NCBI GenBank assembly: GCA_964514965.1
Contig: CAZETV010000001.1
Coordinates: forward strand, 813,063-845,062
Reading direction: 5' to 3'
DNA: 32,000 nt
From: Candidatus Hadarchaeota archaeon
Lineage (GTDB): Archaea; Hadarchaeota; Hadarchaeia; Hadarchaeales; Hadarchaeaceae
Under the pieces are notes generated by a model. That model saw only the letters and a list, made by a program, of their open reading frames with translations, had not been told where the DNA came from and made no database searches. Shown piece after piece: positions 23,291 to 31,986 of this stretch. The position numbers and the translations under genes were made by a program. Numbering within the stretch: position 1 is the first letter of the stretch; every line of letters begins with the position of its first letter.

Positions 23291-23510
23291 CGCTTTCACC
23301 CGCAGCGACTTCTTCCCACGCGCTGAGTATCTCTTTCGCCTTAGCTTCGTCGAGAATCTGGATGGCGTATCCGACATGGACGAGCACATAATCGCCCTCC
23401 TGCACGTTACTAAGCAGGTCTAGCTTAACCTCCCGCCGCACGCCACCGAAGTCAACGGTCGCAATTTGCTCCCCGATTTTCAAAACTTTCCCTGGAATCG
23501 CGAGACACAT
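23283..23510 (-). CDS. hypC: hydrogenase assembly chaperone HypC
   Basis: 75 aa starting MCLAIPGKV (invariant Cys2), with an OB-like GDYVLVHVGYAI segment. Confidence 0.92.
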   Translation of the reverse strand: MCLAIPGKVLKIGEQIATVDFGGVRREVKLDLLSNVQEGDYVLVHVGYAIQILDEAKAKEILSAWEEVAAGESGA

Positions 23511-23573
23511 TCGACTTCCCCTTAGCTATCTTGATTAGATTAACTTTTTCAATGCTTATGGAGTTTATGTATA

Positions 23574-24278
23574 GTGATTTCCGTGACGGTGAAGTTCGAC
23601 TTTCACACTCACACGCTTTACTCGGACGGCGTGAGCACAGCCGCGGCGATGGTTGAGGCAGCGGAGGCGCAGGGGTTGGGAGCTGTTGCCCTCACAGACC
23701 ACGGACACGAAGCTAGTGTGGGTGTTCCCCGAGAGAAATTTGCCCAAATGTTGCAGGACGTTGAACTAGCGCGCGAGGACGCGGGAATCCCGGTTTTGGC
23801 CGGAATTGAGGCGAACGTGGTGGACGAGTGGGGGGGAATTGATGGTGAAGATGAGTCTTTCCGAAAGCTCGACATCTTGCTGGTAGGTATCCACAGGCTG
23901 GGCAGGGCGAGGGATCCAGCCGAGCTCGCCAGGGATTACCTGAGCAGGGCAACGAACGTGATTGAGCACCATAAGTTTGACGTTTTTGCCCATCCTTTTT
24001 ATTTTCATCAATATCTAGTACCTAACCTTCTACCGGAAGACCTCGAGGATTTCGTGAGGCTCGCGGCCCGGCATGATGTCGCAATAGAAATCAACATAAA
24101 ATACCGGACACCCGACGAGGAGTTCTTGAAGCTCTGCCTGCGCGAGGGGGTAAAGCTGAGCATAGGCACCGATGCTCACACCACGGGTGAGGTTGGCAGG
24201 GTCGATTGGGCGCTTGGGTTACTCAGGCGAATAGGAGCGAAACGTGAAGACCTAATTTTGAATAGATTTTTGAGGTGA
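23574..24278 (+). CDS. PHP-domain metal-dependent phosphoesterase (histidinol-phosphatase-like)
   Basis: It has PHP motifs FDFHTHTLYSDG, ALTDHG, GIEAN, AHP and GTDAH. Its stop lies 4 nt before the hycI GTG. Confidence 0.75.
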   Translation: MISVTVKFDFHTHTLYSDGVSTAAAMVEAAEAQGLGAVALTDHGHEASVGVPREKFAQMLQDVELAREDAGIPVLAGIEANVVDEWGGIDGEDESFRKLDILLVGIHRLGRARDPAELARDYLSRATNVIEHHKFDVFAHPFYFHQYLVPNLLPEDLEDFVRLAARHDVAIEINIKYRTPDEEFLKLCLREGVKLSIGTDAHTTGEVGRVDWALGLLRRIGAKREDLILNRFLR

Positions 24279-24282
24279 GGAC

Positions 24283-24762
24283 GTGCCGCTTGAGCTTTCT
24301 TCCTTTTTGTACGGTGCGGACCGCGTGGCGATTGTCGGTGTTGGGAGTGGTATGCGGGGGGACGATGCGGCTGGAATCGAGGTCGTACGCGGGCTGAGGC
24401 ATAAGCTCAAGTCGTCGAAGTTACTTTTGGTCGAGGGCGGGGTGGCGCCTGAAAACTTTACCTCGCATATCCGACGATTTAAACCATCTCACGTGATTTT
24501 TATCGACGCAACCGATTTCGGCGCTGAACTTGGCGAAGTGATTTTAGCAGAACCCGAGGCCATCACCGGCCAGTCCATCTCGACCCACACACTCCCACTT
24601 TCCATGCTGGCGGGATATCTTCGGGAACAAACGGGGGCGAAAATAATGCTCCTGGGGATCCAGCCGGCAAAGGCGCAGATAGGAGCGGAGATGAGTAAGC
24701 CGATAAAGGACGCGGTTGAGAAAGTCAGTAGAGCTTTGTCGATGGAACTTAGCTCATTTTAG
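24283..24762 (+). CDS. hycI: [NiFe] hydrogenase maturation endopeptidase (HycI/HybD family)
   Basis: It has VGVGSGMRGDDAAG (the GxGNxxxxDDG-type motif), then FIDA and STHTLPL motifs. 159 aa. Confidence 0.85.
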   Translation: MPLELSSFLYGADRVAIVGVGSGMRGDDAAGIEVVRGLRHKLKSSKLLLVEGGVAPENFTSHIRRFKPSHVIFIDATDFGAELGEVILAEPEAITGQSISTHTLPLSMLAGYLREQTGAKIMLLGIQPAKAQIGAEMSKPIKDAVEKVSRALSMELSSF

Positions 24763-24785
24763 GTTGTTTTAATCGTGCGCGGGCA

Positions 24786-25112
24786 TCATTCGGACTTAGC
24801 TTGCTGTATGTTGTAGGTCGCGAGTTCGAAATCTTTGGTCATGGTGATCGCGCGTGTCGGACAGGCCTCAGCGCACTCCCCGCAGAAGACGCATCGTCCA
24901 AGCCATATACTCGGTTTTTTGGTTTCCTTGCTTACTGTGATCGCTCGGACTGGGCAGGTTCTTATGCAAAGCCAGCACTGAATGCACCGCTCCTTATCAA
25001 TTAATGGGCGCCCACGGTATCCCTCGGGGGGCTCAACCCTCACGTAGGGGTACTTCACCGTGGCGGGTTTGCGAAATAGGTTCCGGAGCACCTGGGGGAG
25101 TATTCGGGGCAT
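24786..25112 (-). CDS. mbhN: membrane-bound hydrogenase 2x[4Fe-4S] subunit (MbhN / NuoI-like)
   Basis: It has CIQCWLCIRTCP and CVFCGECAEACP motifs and is the last gene of the Mbh-type operon. Confidence 0.85.
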   Translation of the reverse strand: MPRILPQVLRNLFRKPATVKYPYVRVEPPEGYRGRPLIDKERCIQCWLCIRTCPVRAITVSKETKKPSIWLGRCVFCGECAEACPTRAITMTKDFELATYNIQQAKSE

Positions 25113-26075
25113 CTAGGGCACCACCAGCACGAGCACTAGGCTGATTATCGCGAGCAACGCAACGAACGTCCAGAAGAATTTGAGAGCTTGGTCAATGCGC
25201 AGACGGGCCATGATGTTCCGGAGGGTCGTCGTCAGCAGCACGATCGCGAGGATTTTGATCAGGAAATCGACGACTCCAGGGATTTGAATACTGCCAATCA
25301 CATATGCCGTTGGTCCACCGAAGAAGAGGGCTGCAAGAAAACCAGCAACCACGATTGTTTCAACGTCATAGGCGAGGCGCCAAATCGCTAGCCTCGGCCC
25401 CGAGTACTCAGTCAAAGGTCCAGCCACGATTTCGGTGTGAGCTTCAGGGATGTCAAAGGGTACGCGCAATAGCTTTCCCTGAGCGGCTATAAGCGCAGCG
25501 ATTACCGCGGGCAGCATGCGCCAGTCGAGGGCGAGCCATCCCTGCTGGGCTTGATAGCTCACAATCGTCGGCAGGCCGAGGGATCCAACCCTAATTACCG
25601 CAGCGATGATTGCAAGGATGAATATGAACTCATAGCTGAACAGCTGGACGACGTAGCGCCCTGCTCCTGCCGCGCCGAATGGGCTCCCCGATGAGTAACC
25701 GCCCAGCATCATGCAAATCGCCGGGATGTTGAGCAGGTAGATAATGACGATCAAATCCGCGACCAAAGTCAGCGCGGGCTGGGCCGAGTTAATTGGCAAT
25801 AGAAGCATCACCGTGACCACCGCCCCCAGCGCAACCAGCGGCGCGGCGGTGAATACGGGCGACTGTGCGGCGGCAGGGGTAATATCCTCTTTGCTTAGCA
25901 GTTTGCCCACATCGAGGAACTCCTGCCATACCGGGGGCCCTATGCGATTTTGCATGTGCGCAGTTACCTTTCGGTCGATCCCAATGTAGAGTAGCCCGAT
26001 GAGGGAAGCAAAGAGGAGCCCCGGGAAGACTAGAGAGCCCAAGATAAAATTGATTACTTCCATCATTTCTTCCAC
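25113..26075 (-). CDS. mbhM: membrane-bound hydrogenase integral membrane subunit (MbhM / NuoH-like)
   Basis: 320 aa, polytopic. It has the NuoH/HycD-like motifs RKVTAHMQNRIGP and LAEYSGP-like TEYSGP. Confidence 0.85.
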   Translation of the reverse strand: MEEMMEVINFILGSLVFPGLLFASLIGLLYIGIDRKVTAHMQNRIGPPVWQEFLDVGKLLSKEDITPAAAQSPVFTAAPLVALGAVVTVMLLLPINSAQPALTLVADLIVIIYLLNIPAICMMLGGYSSGSPFGAAGAGRYVVQLFSYEFIFILAIIAAVIRVGSLGLPTIVSYQAQQGWLALDWRMLPAVIAALIAAQGKLLRVPFDIPEAHTEIVAGPLTEYSGPRLAIWRLAYDVETIVVAGFLAALFFGGPTAYVIGSIQIPGVVDFLIKILAIVLLTTTLRNIMARLRIDQALKFFWTFVALLAIISLVLVLVVP

Positions 26076-27214
26076 CTCCTGAGTTCTTTAAAGCTCAGGA
26101 CGCGCGTTTTACCGGTGCGCGAGTCAACAAGGGCGACGCGGTCGGTGCAAGCAAAGCAAGGGTCTATGCTCGCCAGAACGATTGGGATTTCAGCAACCGT
26201 CCCGCCCACGAACATAGGTTTGAACGATGGGATGTTGGCATAGGTTGGAGGTCTAATGCGCACGCGCTCAGGTTTATCTGTGCCATTCGAGATCGCGTAG
26301 TAGAATAGTTCTCCCCTTGGCGCCTCCACCCGATCGACAGCTTCGTTGGGTTCGATTTTTGGAGTAATTTTTGTCCGCAATGGTCCGTTAGGCAGAGCCT
26401 TGACCGCTTGGCGGGTTATATAGATAGATTCCAAAAGTTCTTTTAGCCTGACTACCACCTTAGCCAAAACATCTCCATCTGGCTCGGTTATCACTTCGAA
26501 CGGAATTTGGTCATAAGCAGCATAAGGGTCATCTCTCCTCAAATCAACGTCGACACCCGAAGCACGGGCGGTTGGGCCCACGGCACATAATTTTTTCGCG
26601 TCATCTTTTGGCAGTACGCCGATGCCTGTACAACGTGCCAAAATCGTGCGATCTGAAGTGCAAAGATCTATATATTGGTGGGTTGCCTTTTCGAGCTTCT
26701 TTAGTGTCCTGAGTATCTTGGGGACGTGTTCCGGTTTAACGTCGCGCCTTACCCCACCCAAGGTGTTTGACGCTGAGGTTTGACGATTTCCAGAAATCAT
26801 CTCTTTCAAGTCAAGCACGAGCTCACGATCGCGCCAGAAGTACATGAACAAGGTGTCAAAGCCTATTTCGTGGGCAGCTATCCCAGCCCAAAGCATGTGA
26901 CTATGGATGCGTTCGAGCTCGCATAGGATGGTTCGAATGAAGCGTGCCCGATCAGGAACTTCGATGCCGGCAAGCCGCTCAATTGTTTGGCAGTAGGCCG
27001 TTGTATGGGCAACGTTGCATATACCACAGATTCGCTCGGAGAGGTAGATATTGTGCAGGTAGCTTCGCTTCTGCATCGCAAGTTCGATGCCGCGATGAAC
27101 GTAGCCCAAGCGGACGTTGAGGTCGACGATTTCCTCGCCCTTAGTCTCAAACCTGACGTACACGGGTTCTTTCAACGCTGGGTGCTGAGGACCTATCGGC
27201 ACGATAAAAGTCAT
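26063..27214 (-). CDS. mbhL: group 4 [NiFe] hydrogenase large subunit (MbhL / NuoD-like)
   Basis: Both Ni-Fe ligand pairs are present: N-terminal RICGICNVAH and C-terminal DPCFACTDR. A 24-aa extension follows, which is a substrate for HycI-type processing. Confidence 0.92.
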   Translation of the reverse strand: MTFIVPIGPQHPALKEPVYVRFETKGEEIVDLNVRLGYVHRGIELAMQKRSYLHNIYLSERICGICNVAHTTAYCQTIERLAGIEVPDRARFIRTILCELERIHSHMLWAGIAAHEIGFDTLFMYFWRDRELVLDLKEMISGNRQTSASNTLGGVRRDVKPEHVPKILRTLKKLEKATHQYIDLCTSDRTILARCTGIGVLPKDDAKKLCAVGPTARASGVDVDLRRDDPYAAYDQIPFEVITEPDGDVLAKVVVRLKELLESIYITRQAVKALPNGPLRTKITPKIEPNEAVDRVEAPRGELFYYAISNGTDKPERVRIRPPTYANIPSFKPMFVGGTVAEIPIVLASIDPCFACTDRVALVDSRTGKTRVLSFKELRRWKK

Positions 27215-27633
27215 TTCTTAGCCTCCTTGCGCAGCGGGTACACTCCGGAGGGCCAATCATCGGACAGGAACAGTCTGCGCGGTTCTGGATGATTTTCAAT
27301 TTCGATTCCGAGCATCTCCATTATATCACGTTCGTAAAGAGTCGCCCCTGGGAAAATATCTGTAACAGTTTTCACCTTTGGCGTGTTTTTTGGTAGGTTA
27401 AGTTTTAGGCTAAGTAGGGTTGGCAAACAATCGAAGTGGTAAACCACGGTGATAGTATCACCGCGGTCAACGCCAGAAATCGTGGACAAGTGTTGCACGC
27501 CATGCTGCGCCAGGGCTGTCATGGCGTCCCTGCAGCGCTCCTTATCAGTCGTGGCAAACACACGTCGTTCGTTTGCAATTTTTACCTCATCCACATACTC
27601 TTTGATGGCTTCTGCAACTTCGTTTGCTTTCAT
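27211..27633 (-). CDS. mbhK: hydrogenase subunit MbhK (NuoC-like)
   Basis: 140 aa. The FPGATLYERDIMEMLGI motif is typical of NuoC/HycE-N modules. ATGA coupling to mbhL. Confidence 0.85.
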   Translation of the reverse strand: MKANEVAEAIKEYVDEVKIANERRVFATTDKERCRDAMTALAQHGVQHLSTISGVDRGDTITVVYHFDCLPTLLSLKLNLPKNTPKVKTVTDIFPGATLYERDIMEMLGIEIENHPEPRRLFLSDDWPSGVYPLRKEAKK

Positions 27634-28049
27634 TATTTCAACCTCGCTAGGGCTTTGATTAGTCCGTCGATAATCGCCTCAGGCTTGGGTGGACAGCCCG
27701 GTACGTAGGCGACGACGGGGACGTGCTTGTCGAGGGGCCACACTACGTTGTAGCAGTCGTGGAACGCGCTGCCAGATGCGGGGCATGAGCCGATCGCAAC
27801 GACGGCCTTCGGTTCGGGCATCTGTTCGTAAATTCTGATGAGCCTGGGTAAGCACTGCTTCGTGATCGGTCCCGTGACAACCAAGATATCGGCGTGTCTC
27901 GGCGTGCCCTTTACCAGCATCCCGAAGCGCTCGATATCGTAGCGCGGCGTAAGCGCAGCAACGACCTCGATGCTGCAAGCGTTGCAGCCTCCACTGTCGA
28001 AGTGCAGCACCCAAGGGGATTTTTTCCTAAGTGATTGGACTAGTCCCAT
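27633..28049 (-). CDS. mbhJ: hydrogenase small subunit MbhJ (NuoB-like, proximal [4Fe-4S])
   Basis: It has the NuoB-family motifs GGCNACSIE, GSCPASG and VPGCPPKPE. Confidence 0.9.
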   Translation of the reverse strand: MGLVQSLRKKSPWVLHFDSGGCNACSIEVVAALTPRYDIERFGMLVKGTPRHADILVVTGPITKQCLPRLIRIYEQMPEPKAVVAIGSCPASGSAFHDCYNVVWPLDKHVPVVAYVPGCPPKPEAIIDGLIKALARLK

Positions 28050-28053
28050 GAGC

Positions 28054-28389
28054 TCACCACAATATCACCGCGATTGCTGCGAGGATGATGATAAATCCGA
28101 CCACCACCCAGAATAGGTATGTGTTCAAGATGCCCGTGTGTCCGGGGCGCACATAGCGGTAAAATGGCCCGAAGACGCGACGGATGGGCGAGAAGAACTG
28201 TTCGCTGTCTGCGTGGGCCTCGTCAGCATCAAGCAACTCGCCGCAGGCATAGGTCTGAAGTTTTTTGGCACTGGGTTTTGCTTTAGTAATTCTCCGTCCG
28301 CCGATTAGAATGAGCCATGTTACCGCGACGATGAGCAGAAGCGCGGCGGTTGCGACGAGTGGTCCCCAGAACCCTGGTCCAAATTCCAT
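28054..28389 (-). CDS. mbhI: small membrane subunit, MbhI-like
   Basis: 111 aa from ATG 28389, which is preceded by a GGGGGGAG SD-like run. It has two TM helices flanking a polar loop. Position and size match MbhI. The track start at 28437 was rejected. Confidence 0.6.
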   Translation of the reverse strand: MEFGPGFWGPLVATAALLLIVAVTWLILIGGRRITKAKPSAKKLQTYACGELLDADEAHADSEQFFSPIRRVFGPFYRYVRPGHTGILNTYLFWVVVGFIIILAAIAVILW

Positions 28390-28535
28390 TAGCTCCCCCC
28401 TAGCACGTGTGTGTGGTGCTTTGCTTGGGCAGTGCACCGATTAAAGGCTATCATGAAAACATCAACCTTTATCGCCAGACCTCCTAGCTTGTTCACGTCT
28501 GATCCCATGTGTTACAACTCCTTTTGACTTATCAC

Positions 28536-29678
28536 CTAACTTTCACTTTTCATCCAAGGGGGTATTGGCTTTCCGTGTTTTTCCCGGCGCTTCAACAATT
28601 TTTCAGTTGTATTTTTCTTTCTTCTTGAGAGCCGTTTGACTAGTCCGATTCCGGGCTTGACCAATTTGAGCGATTTTACACCGAGTTTTGGATTATTTCT
28701 GGCTACTTTAAAAGCCTCCGCTCCGACCTTAGTGCGCACTAATACCGTGGAGCGACCTAGAGGAGATCCCACTGCACCTACGGATATGTCCGCCAGCTCA
28801 CAGGAGAAATCCGGACAAACCAAACAGAATGTATTAACGCATTTCTTTAGGAGTTTTACCTTAACTTCCCGCTTCGACCCTTTTTTGGTATAAACGACAA
28901 AATTTCCCTTTTTGATGTCGAACTTAGAGACATTCTCTAAAGAAGTTTTTAGTTTTTGCCTCACGAAATTTTTGAGCTTTCTATAATTGAATGATTCCAT
29001 GCAGAACAACCCGATTACCAACTTCACGGAATCCGCCAGATGGTGAAAAGCTCTATCACCGAACTGCATCCTTCGTATGGCGTTGATTTGGCAGGGAGTG
29101 CCCACGAGTGCTACTCTCTCTTTCAAGTACAGGTCTACGGCGTCCTTCAGCCCTGAGAGGATAGGAGTTGAAGTATATTTTGTTCCCGCGCACTGGATTA
29201 TCTTGTCCGATGTAAGCGCCACATTCGGCTCCGGCTTCCAGGATTCACCATCAACTCCCGTCACCACTGCTCCATCTATAAAACCCTTTTTTAAGAGCCA
29301 GGTGAGCATCGAGGTCACAGCACTTCCATCTTGGCATTTCTTCCGAAGTTTTGGATCCTTAGTTTTCACGGAGAAGGATTTTCTATACACCCCGATGTTT
29401 GGGTCGGGGGTTGCTTGGCCAAATATATGCTCTACAAGCTTGGCAGGGGCACCTGTTTGAGGACATTCGTAATAGCAGATGTTGCAATTTTCGCATTTTC
29501 CAACGAGCTTAGGTTTGCGGCTAGTGATATTCAAAGCATTAAATCGACATGACGCGACGCATGCCCCGCAGCCGGTGCAAAGTCCCGGCTTTATCACTTC
29601 GTTATGAAGGTCTTCGAAGATTTTATTCATCTTCTCACCAATTTCGAGTGATGTGGGAGCGTGGAGTGCAAGTTCCAT
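28536..29678 (-). CDS. FrhB/FdhB/FpoF-family protein (coenzyme F420 hydrogenase/dehydrogenase beta-like) with N-terminal 2x[4Fe-4S] ferredoxin domain
   Basis: It has CTGCGACVASC and CENCNICYYECP, then QDGSAVTS, GTKYTSTP, GTPCQI, GLFCMES and CPDFSCELADISVG, which are hallmark FrhB_FdhB N and C domain motifs. ATG 29678 overlaps the mbhH stop (TAATG). ATG 29630, preceded by GGTGAG, is an alternative start. Confidence 0.85.
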   Translation of the reverse strand: MELALHAPTSLEIGEKMNKIFEDLHNEVIKPGLCTGCGACVASCRFNALNITSRKPKLVGKCENCNICYYECPQTGAPAKLVEHIFGQATPDPNIGVYRKSFSVKTKDPKLRKKCQDGSAVTSMLTWLLKKGFIDGAVVTGVDGESWKPEPNVALTSDKIIQCAGTKYTSTPILSGLKDAVDLYLKERVALVGTPCQINAIRRMQFGDRAFHHLADSVKLVIGLFCMESFNYRKLKNFVRQKLKTSLENVSKFDIKKGNFVVYTKKGSKREVKVKLLKKCVNTFCLVCPDFSCELADISVGAVGSPLGRSTVLVRTKVGAEAFKVARNNPKLGVKSLKLVKPGIGLVKRLSRRKKNTTEKLLKRREKHGKPIPPWMKSES

Positions 29679-31174
29679 TAGACACCACCCAACACCGCGC
29701 TTATGTAACCACTAGAGTTCATCACGGCTTCCTGCGCGGGGTGCACCAGTTCTATCCCTAGATTTGGAAGCACGCCGAATATCACGCAGAGCGCCGCAAG
29801 TAGCAAGATTGGAATGAGCATCGAGATGGGAGTTTCCTTCACATTTTTCAAGTGCTTTGGCCGCTGGCCTAAGAAAATCGAGTTGAATGCTTTCAAGAAG
29901 TAAGCTAGCGTTAGAGCGCTTACGACGAGAGCGATTATTGTGAACACGTACTGCCCGTTTTCTATGCCTGCCACGTAAATCGTCCACTTACTCGCGAAGC
30001 CGTTCATAGGCGGCACCCCTGAGATCGCAAGCGCACCTATCATGAAAGCCATCGCGGTCAAGGGCATGTTGTTCCAGAGCCCTCCAAGCTTGTCCATGTT
30101 AGAGGTTCCCACCCGGTAGACGATTGTCCCGGCAATCATGAAGAGCATCGTCTTGTAGATAGCGTTGTTGAGCAGGTGGAAGAGCCCACCTTGGATTCCC
30201 AGCGTCGTGCCCAGACCTATGCCTAGCAGGATGTAACCGAGTTGGGAGATACCCGAGTATGCGAGCAAACGCTTTAAGTCCCGTTGGACGAGAGCCATGA
30301 AAGCTCCAAGTACCATCGAGACTAATCCGAGGCCCGCGAGTATCATCCCCATTCCGAGAATCCCGAAAAGCATGTAGACCACTCGCAACATCGCGTAAAT
30401 CCCGACGGTAGCCGTGGCCCCCGAGAAAAGAGCTGCTACAGCCGATGGCGCCGCTTGGTATGCGTCTGGTTGCCACATGTGCAGGGGAACCATCGCAATC
30501 TTGATGCCGAAGCCGGTCATGAAGAGACCTAGCGGCACAATCAGGGCTGATGGGACTACCCCTCCAAACTTTTGCATCAGGTCAGCTATGTTGAGGCTAC
30601 CCATTTGCCCGTAGAGCAACGCCACGCCAAGCAGGATGAAAGAGGTGCCTAGGGAGCTGACGATCATGTACTTGATGCTTGCCTCGATTGATTGCCAATT
30701 TCGCCTGAACGCCACGAGGGCATAGGAGGAGATGCACATGATCTCGAAGAACACGTAGAGGTTGAAGATGTCTCCCGTGAGAGCGACGCCCATCATACCG
30801 GCCAGAATGAGCAAGAAAAGGGTGTAATACTGGTCTAGCCCTGTGTCGCGCTCCATGCAAACAAAGGAGTAAATCGCGACGAGTACGCTGATGCTAGCAA
30901 CGATGAGCGCTACCAGTAGGTTCAGCCCGTCGATGGCAAGGTTGATTCCCCAAGGGGGCTGCCATCCTCCTAGCTGATAGACGAACATTTGGCCGCCCCA
31001 TACCTCTGGCGCCATGCTCACCAGGACTACTAACTCCGCAAGCACCGCAGCGATCGCAAACCACTCCCGAGCGCGTTTGATACCTCGTCGGCGGGCTAAA
31101 ATTCCAACTACTGGCATCAGGAACGCCGCGAACAACGGGAGCAAGATGGCCAAAATTGGGGCGTGGGGTATCAC
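29678..31174 (-). CDS. mbhH: Mrp-antiporter-like subunit MbhH (MrpD / NuoL-M-N family)
   Basis: 498 aa with about 14 TM helices. It shows the typical proton-pumping antiporter-like pattern (WQPDAY..AP, LLAYSGISQLGY). Confidence 0.88.
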   Translation of the reverse strand: MIPHAPILAILLPLFAAFLMPVVGILARRRGIKRAREWFAIAAVLAELVVLVSMAPEVWGGQMFVYQLGGWQPPWGINLAIDGLNLLVALIVASISVLVAIYSFVCMERDTGLDQYYTLFLLILAGMMGVALTGDIFNLYVFFEIMCISSYALVAFRRNWQSIEASIKYMIVSSLGTSFILLGVALLYGQMGSLNIADLMQKFGGVVPSALIVPLGLFMTGFGIKIAMVPLHMWQPDAYQAAPSAVAALFSGATATVGIYAMLRVVYMLFGILGMGMILAGLGLVSMVLGAFMALVQRDLKRLLAYSGISQLGYILLGIGLGTTLGIQGGLFHLLNNAIYKTMLFMIAGTIVYRVGTSNMDKLGGLWNNMPLTAMAFMIGALAISGVPPMNGFASKWTIYVAGIENGQYVFTIIALVVSALTLAYFLKAFNSIFLGQRPKHLKNVKETPISMLIPILLLAALCVIFGVLPNLGIELVHPAQEAVMNSSGYISAVLGGV

Positions 31175-31530
31175 TCCTTCAACCTCCTGAGTTTAGATGG
31201 GTCAAGCGTGCCGTAGTGGCGGTAGGCGTAGATGGCTAGCGAGAGAGCCAGCGCGAGGATGCAGATATTGATGACGATCGAAGTTAGCACGAGTGCTTGG
31301 GGGACAGGGTCGACGGCGTGGGCGGCAAATCCAGGGAGGTTTGAAAACATATTCCCGCTAACGATTGGAGCCGTGCCTCCTAGGCGATATCCAAGGCTTA
31401 TCAGGAATAGGTGGATACCATCGGTCAGCACGGAGAGGCCGATGATGATTTTAATCAGGTTTCGCTTGAGCAACAAACAGTAAATCCCGAGCGCCACGAG
31501 CGACATAGCCATAATATAATTGAGTTCCAA
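31171..31530 (-). CDS. mbhG: MbhG (MrpC / NuoK-like) membrane subunit
   Basis: 119 aa with 3 TM helices. It has MnhC-like LLKRNLIKIIIGLSVL and VDPVPQALVLTSIVI motifs. ATGA coupling to mbhH. Confidence 0.8.
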   Translation of the reverse strand: MELNYIMAMSLVALGIYCLLLKRNLIKIIIGLSVLTDGIHLFLISLGYRLGGTAPIVSGNMFSNLPGFAAHAVDPVPQALVLTSIVINICILALALSLAIYAYRHYGTLDPSKLRRLKE

Positions 31531-31548
31531 CTTTACACCCCTGTAAAT

Positions 31549-31986
31549 CTACTCATTTTTATCCTCCCTGAAAGCGAACAACATCGCGTAGAAAATCAGG
31601 ATGATGCCCGCCGTGACTTTTATTCCGACGCCTATGTAGAGCAGGGGCAGGTTGCCGGCACTAAATAGCTGCCCGAGACTTCCGAGCGGGAACACGTTTT
31701 GAAGGAAGAAGGTGCCGAGTAGGAGGCCGAACAACCCGAGAACTACTATCGTTATCCCGCCGATACTTTCAAGCACCTCGGCTTGCAGGAGGCCCATTCT
31801 TTTCTGTGTTCGTTCGACGCCGTAGGCTAGGAGTAGCATCACCACCGAGGCGGCGATGATTACACCACCCGGGAACCCCCCTCCGGGAGTCAGGTGGCCG
31901 TGCAGTACGATGTAGGCGCCGAAGAGAAAAGTGAACGGGAAGAGAAGCCTCGTGATTGTTCGAACGATTACCGTCATTCCAGCCAT
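31549..31986 (-). CDS. mbhF: MbhF (MrpB-domain) membrane subunit
   Basis: 145 aa and polytopic, with GHLTPGGGFPGG, the MnhB-domain signature. Confidence 0.75.
   Translation of the reverse strand: MAGMTVIVRTITRLLFPFTFLFGAYIVLHGHLTPGGGFPGGVIIAASVVMLLLAYGVERTQKRMGLLQAEVLESIGGITIVVLGLFGLLLGTFFLQNVFPLGSLGQLFSAGNLPLLYIGVGIKVTAGIILIFYAMLFAFREDKNE

Noticed and set aside
26063-27214. Alternative reading of the complex as Mbx/MBS (sulfane-sulfur reductase) or a Nuo-like complex rather than a hydrogenase
   Set aside because: Both CxxC Ni-Fe ligand pairs are intact (RICGIC, DPCFAC). There is a cleavable C-terminal extension, and hypCAE and hycI are adjacent. All of this favours a true [NiFe] hydrogenase.
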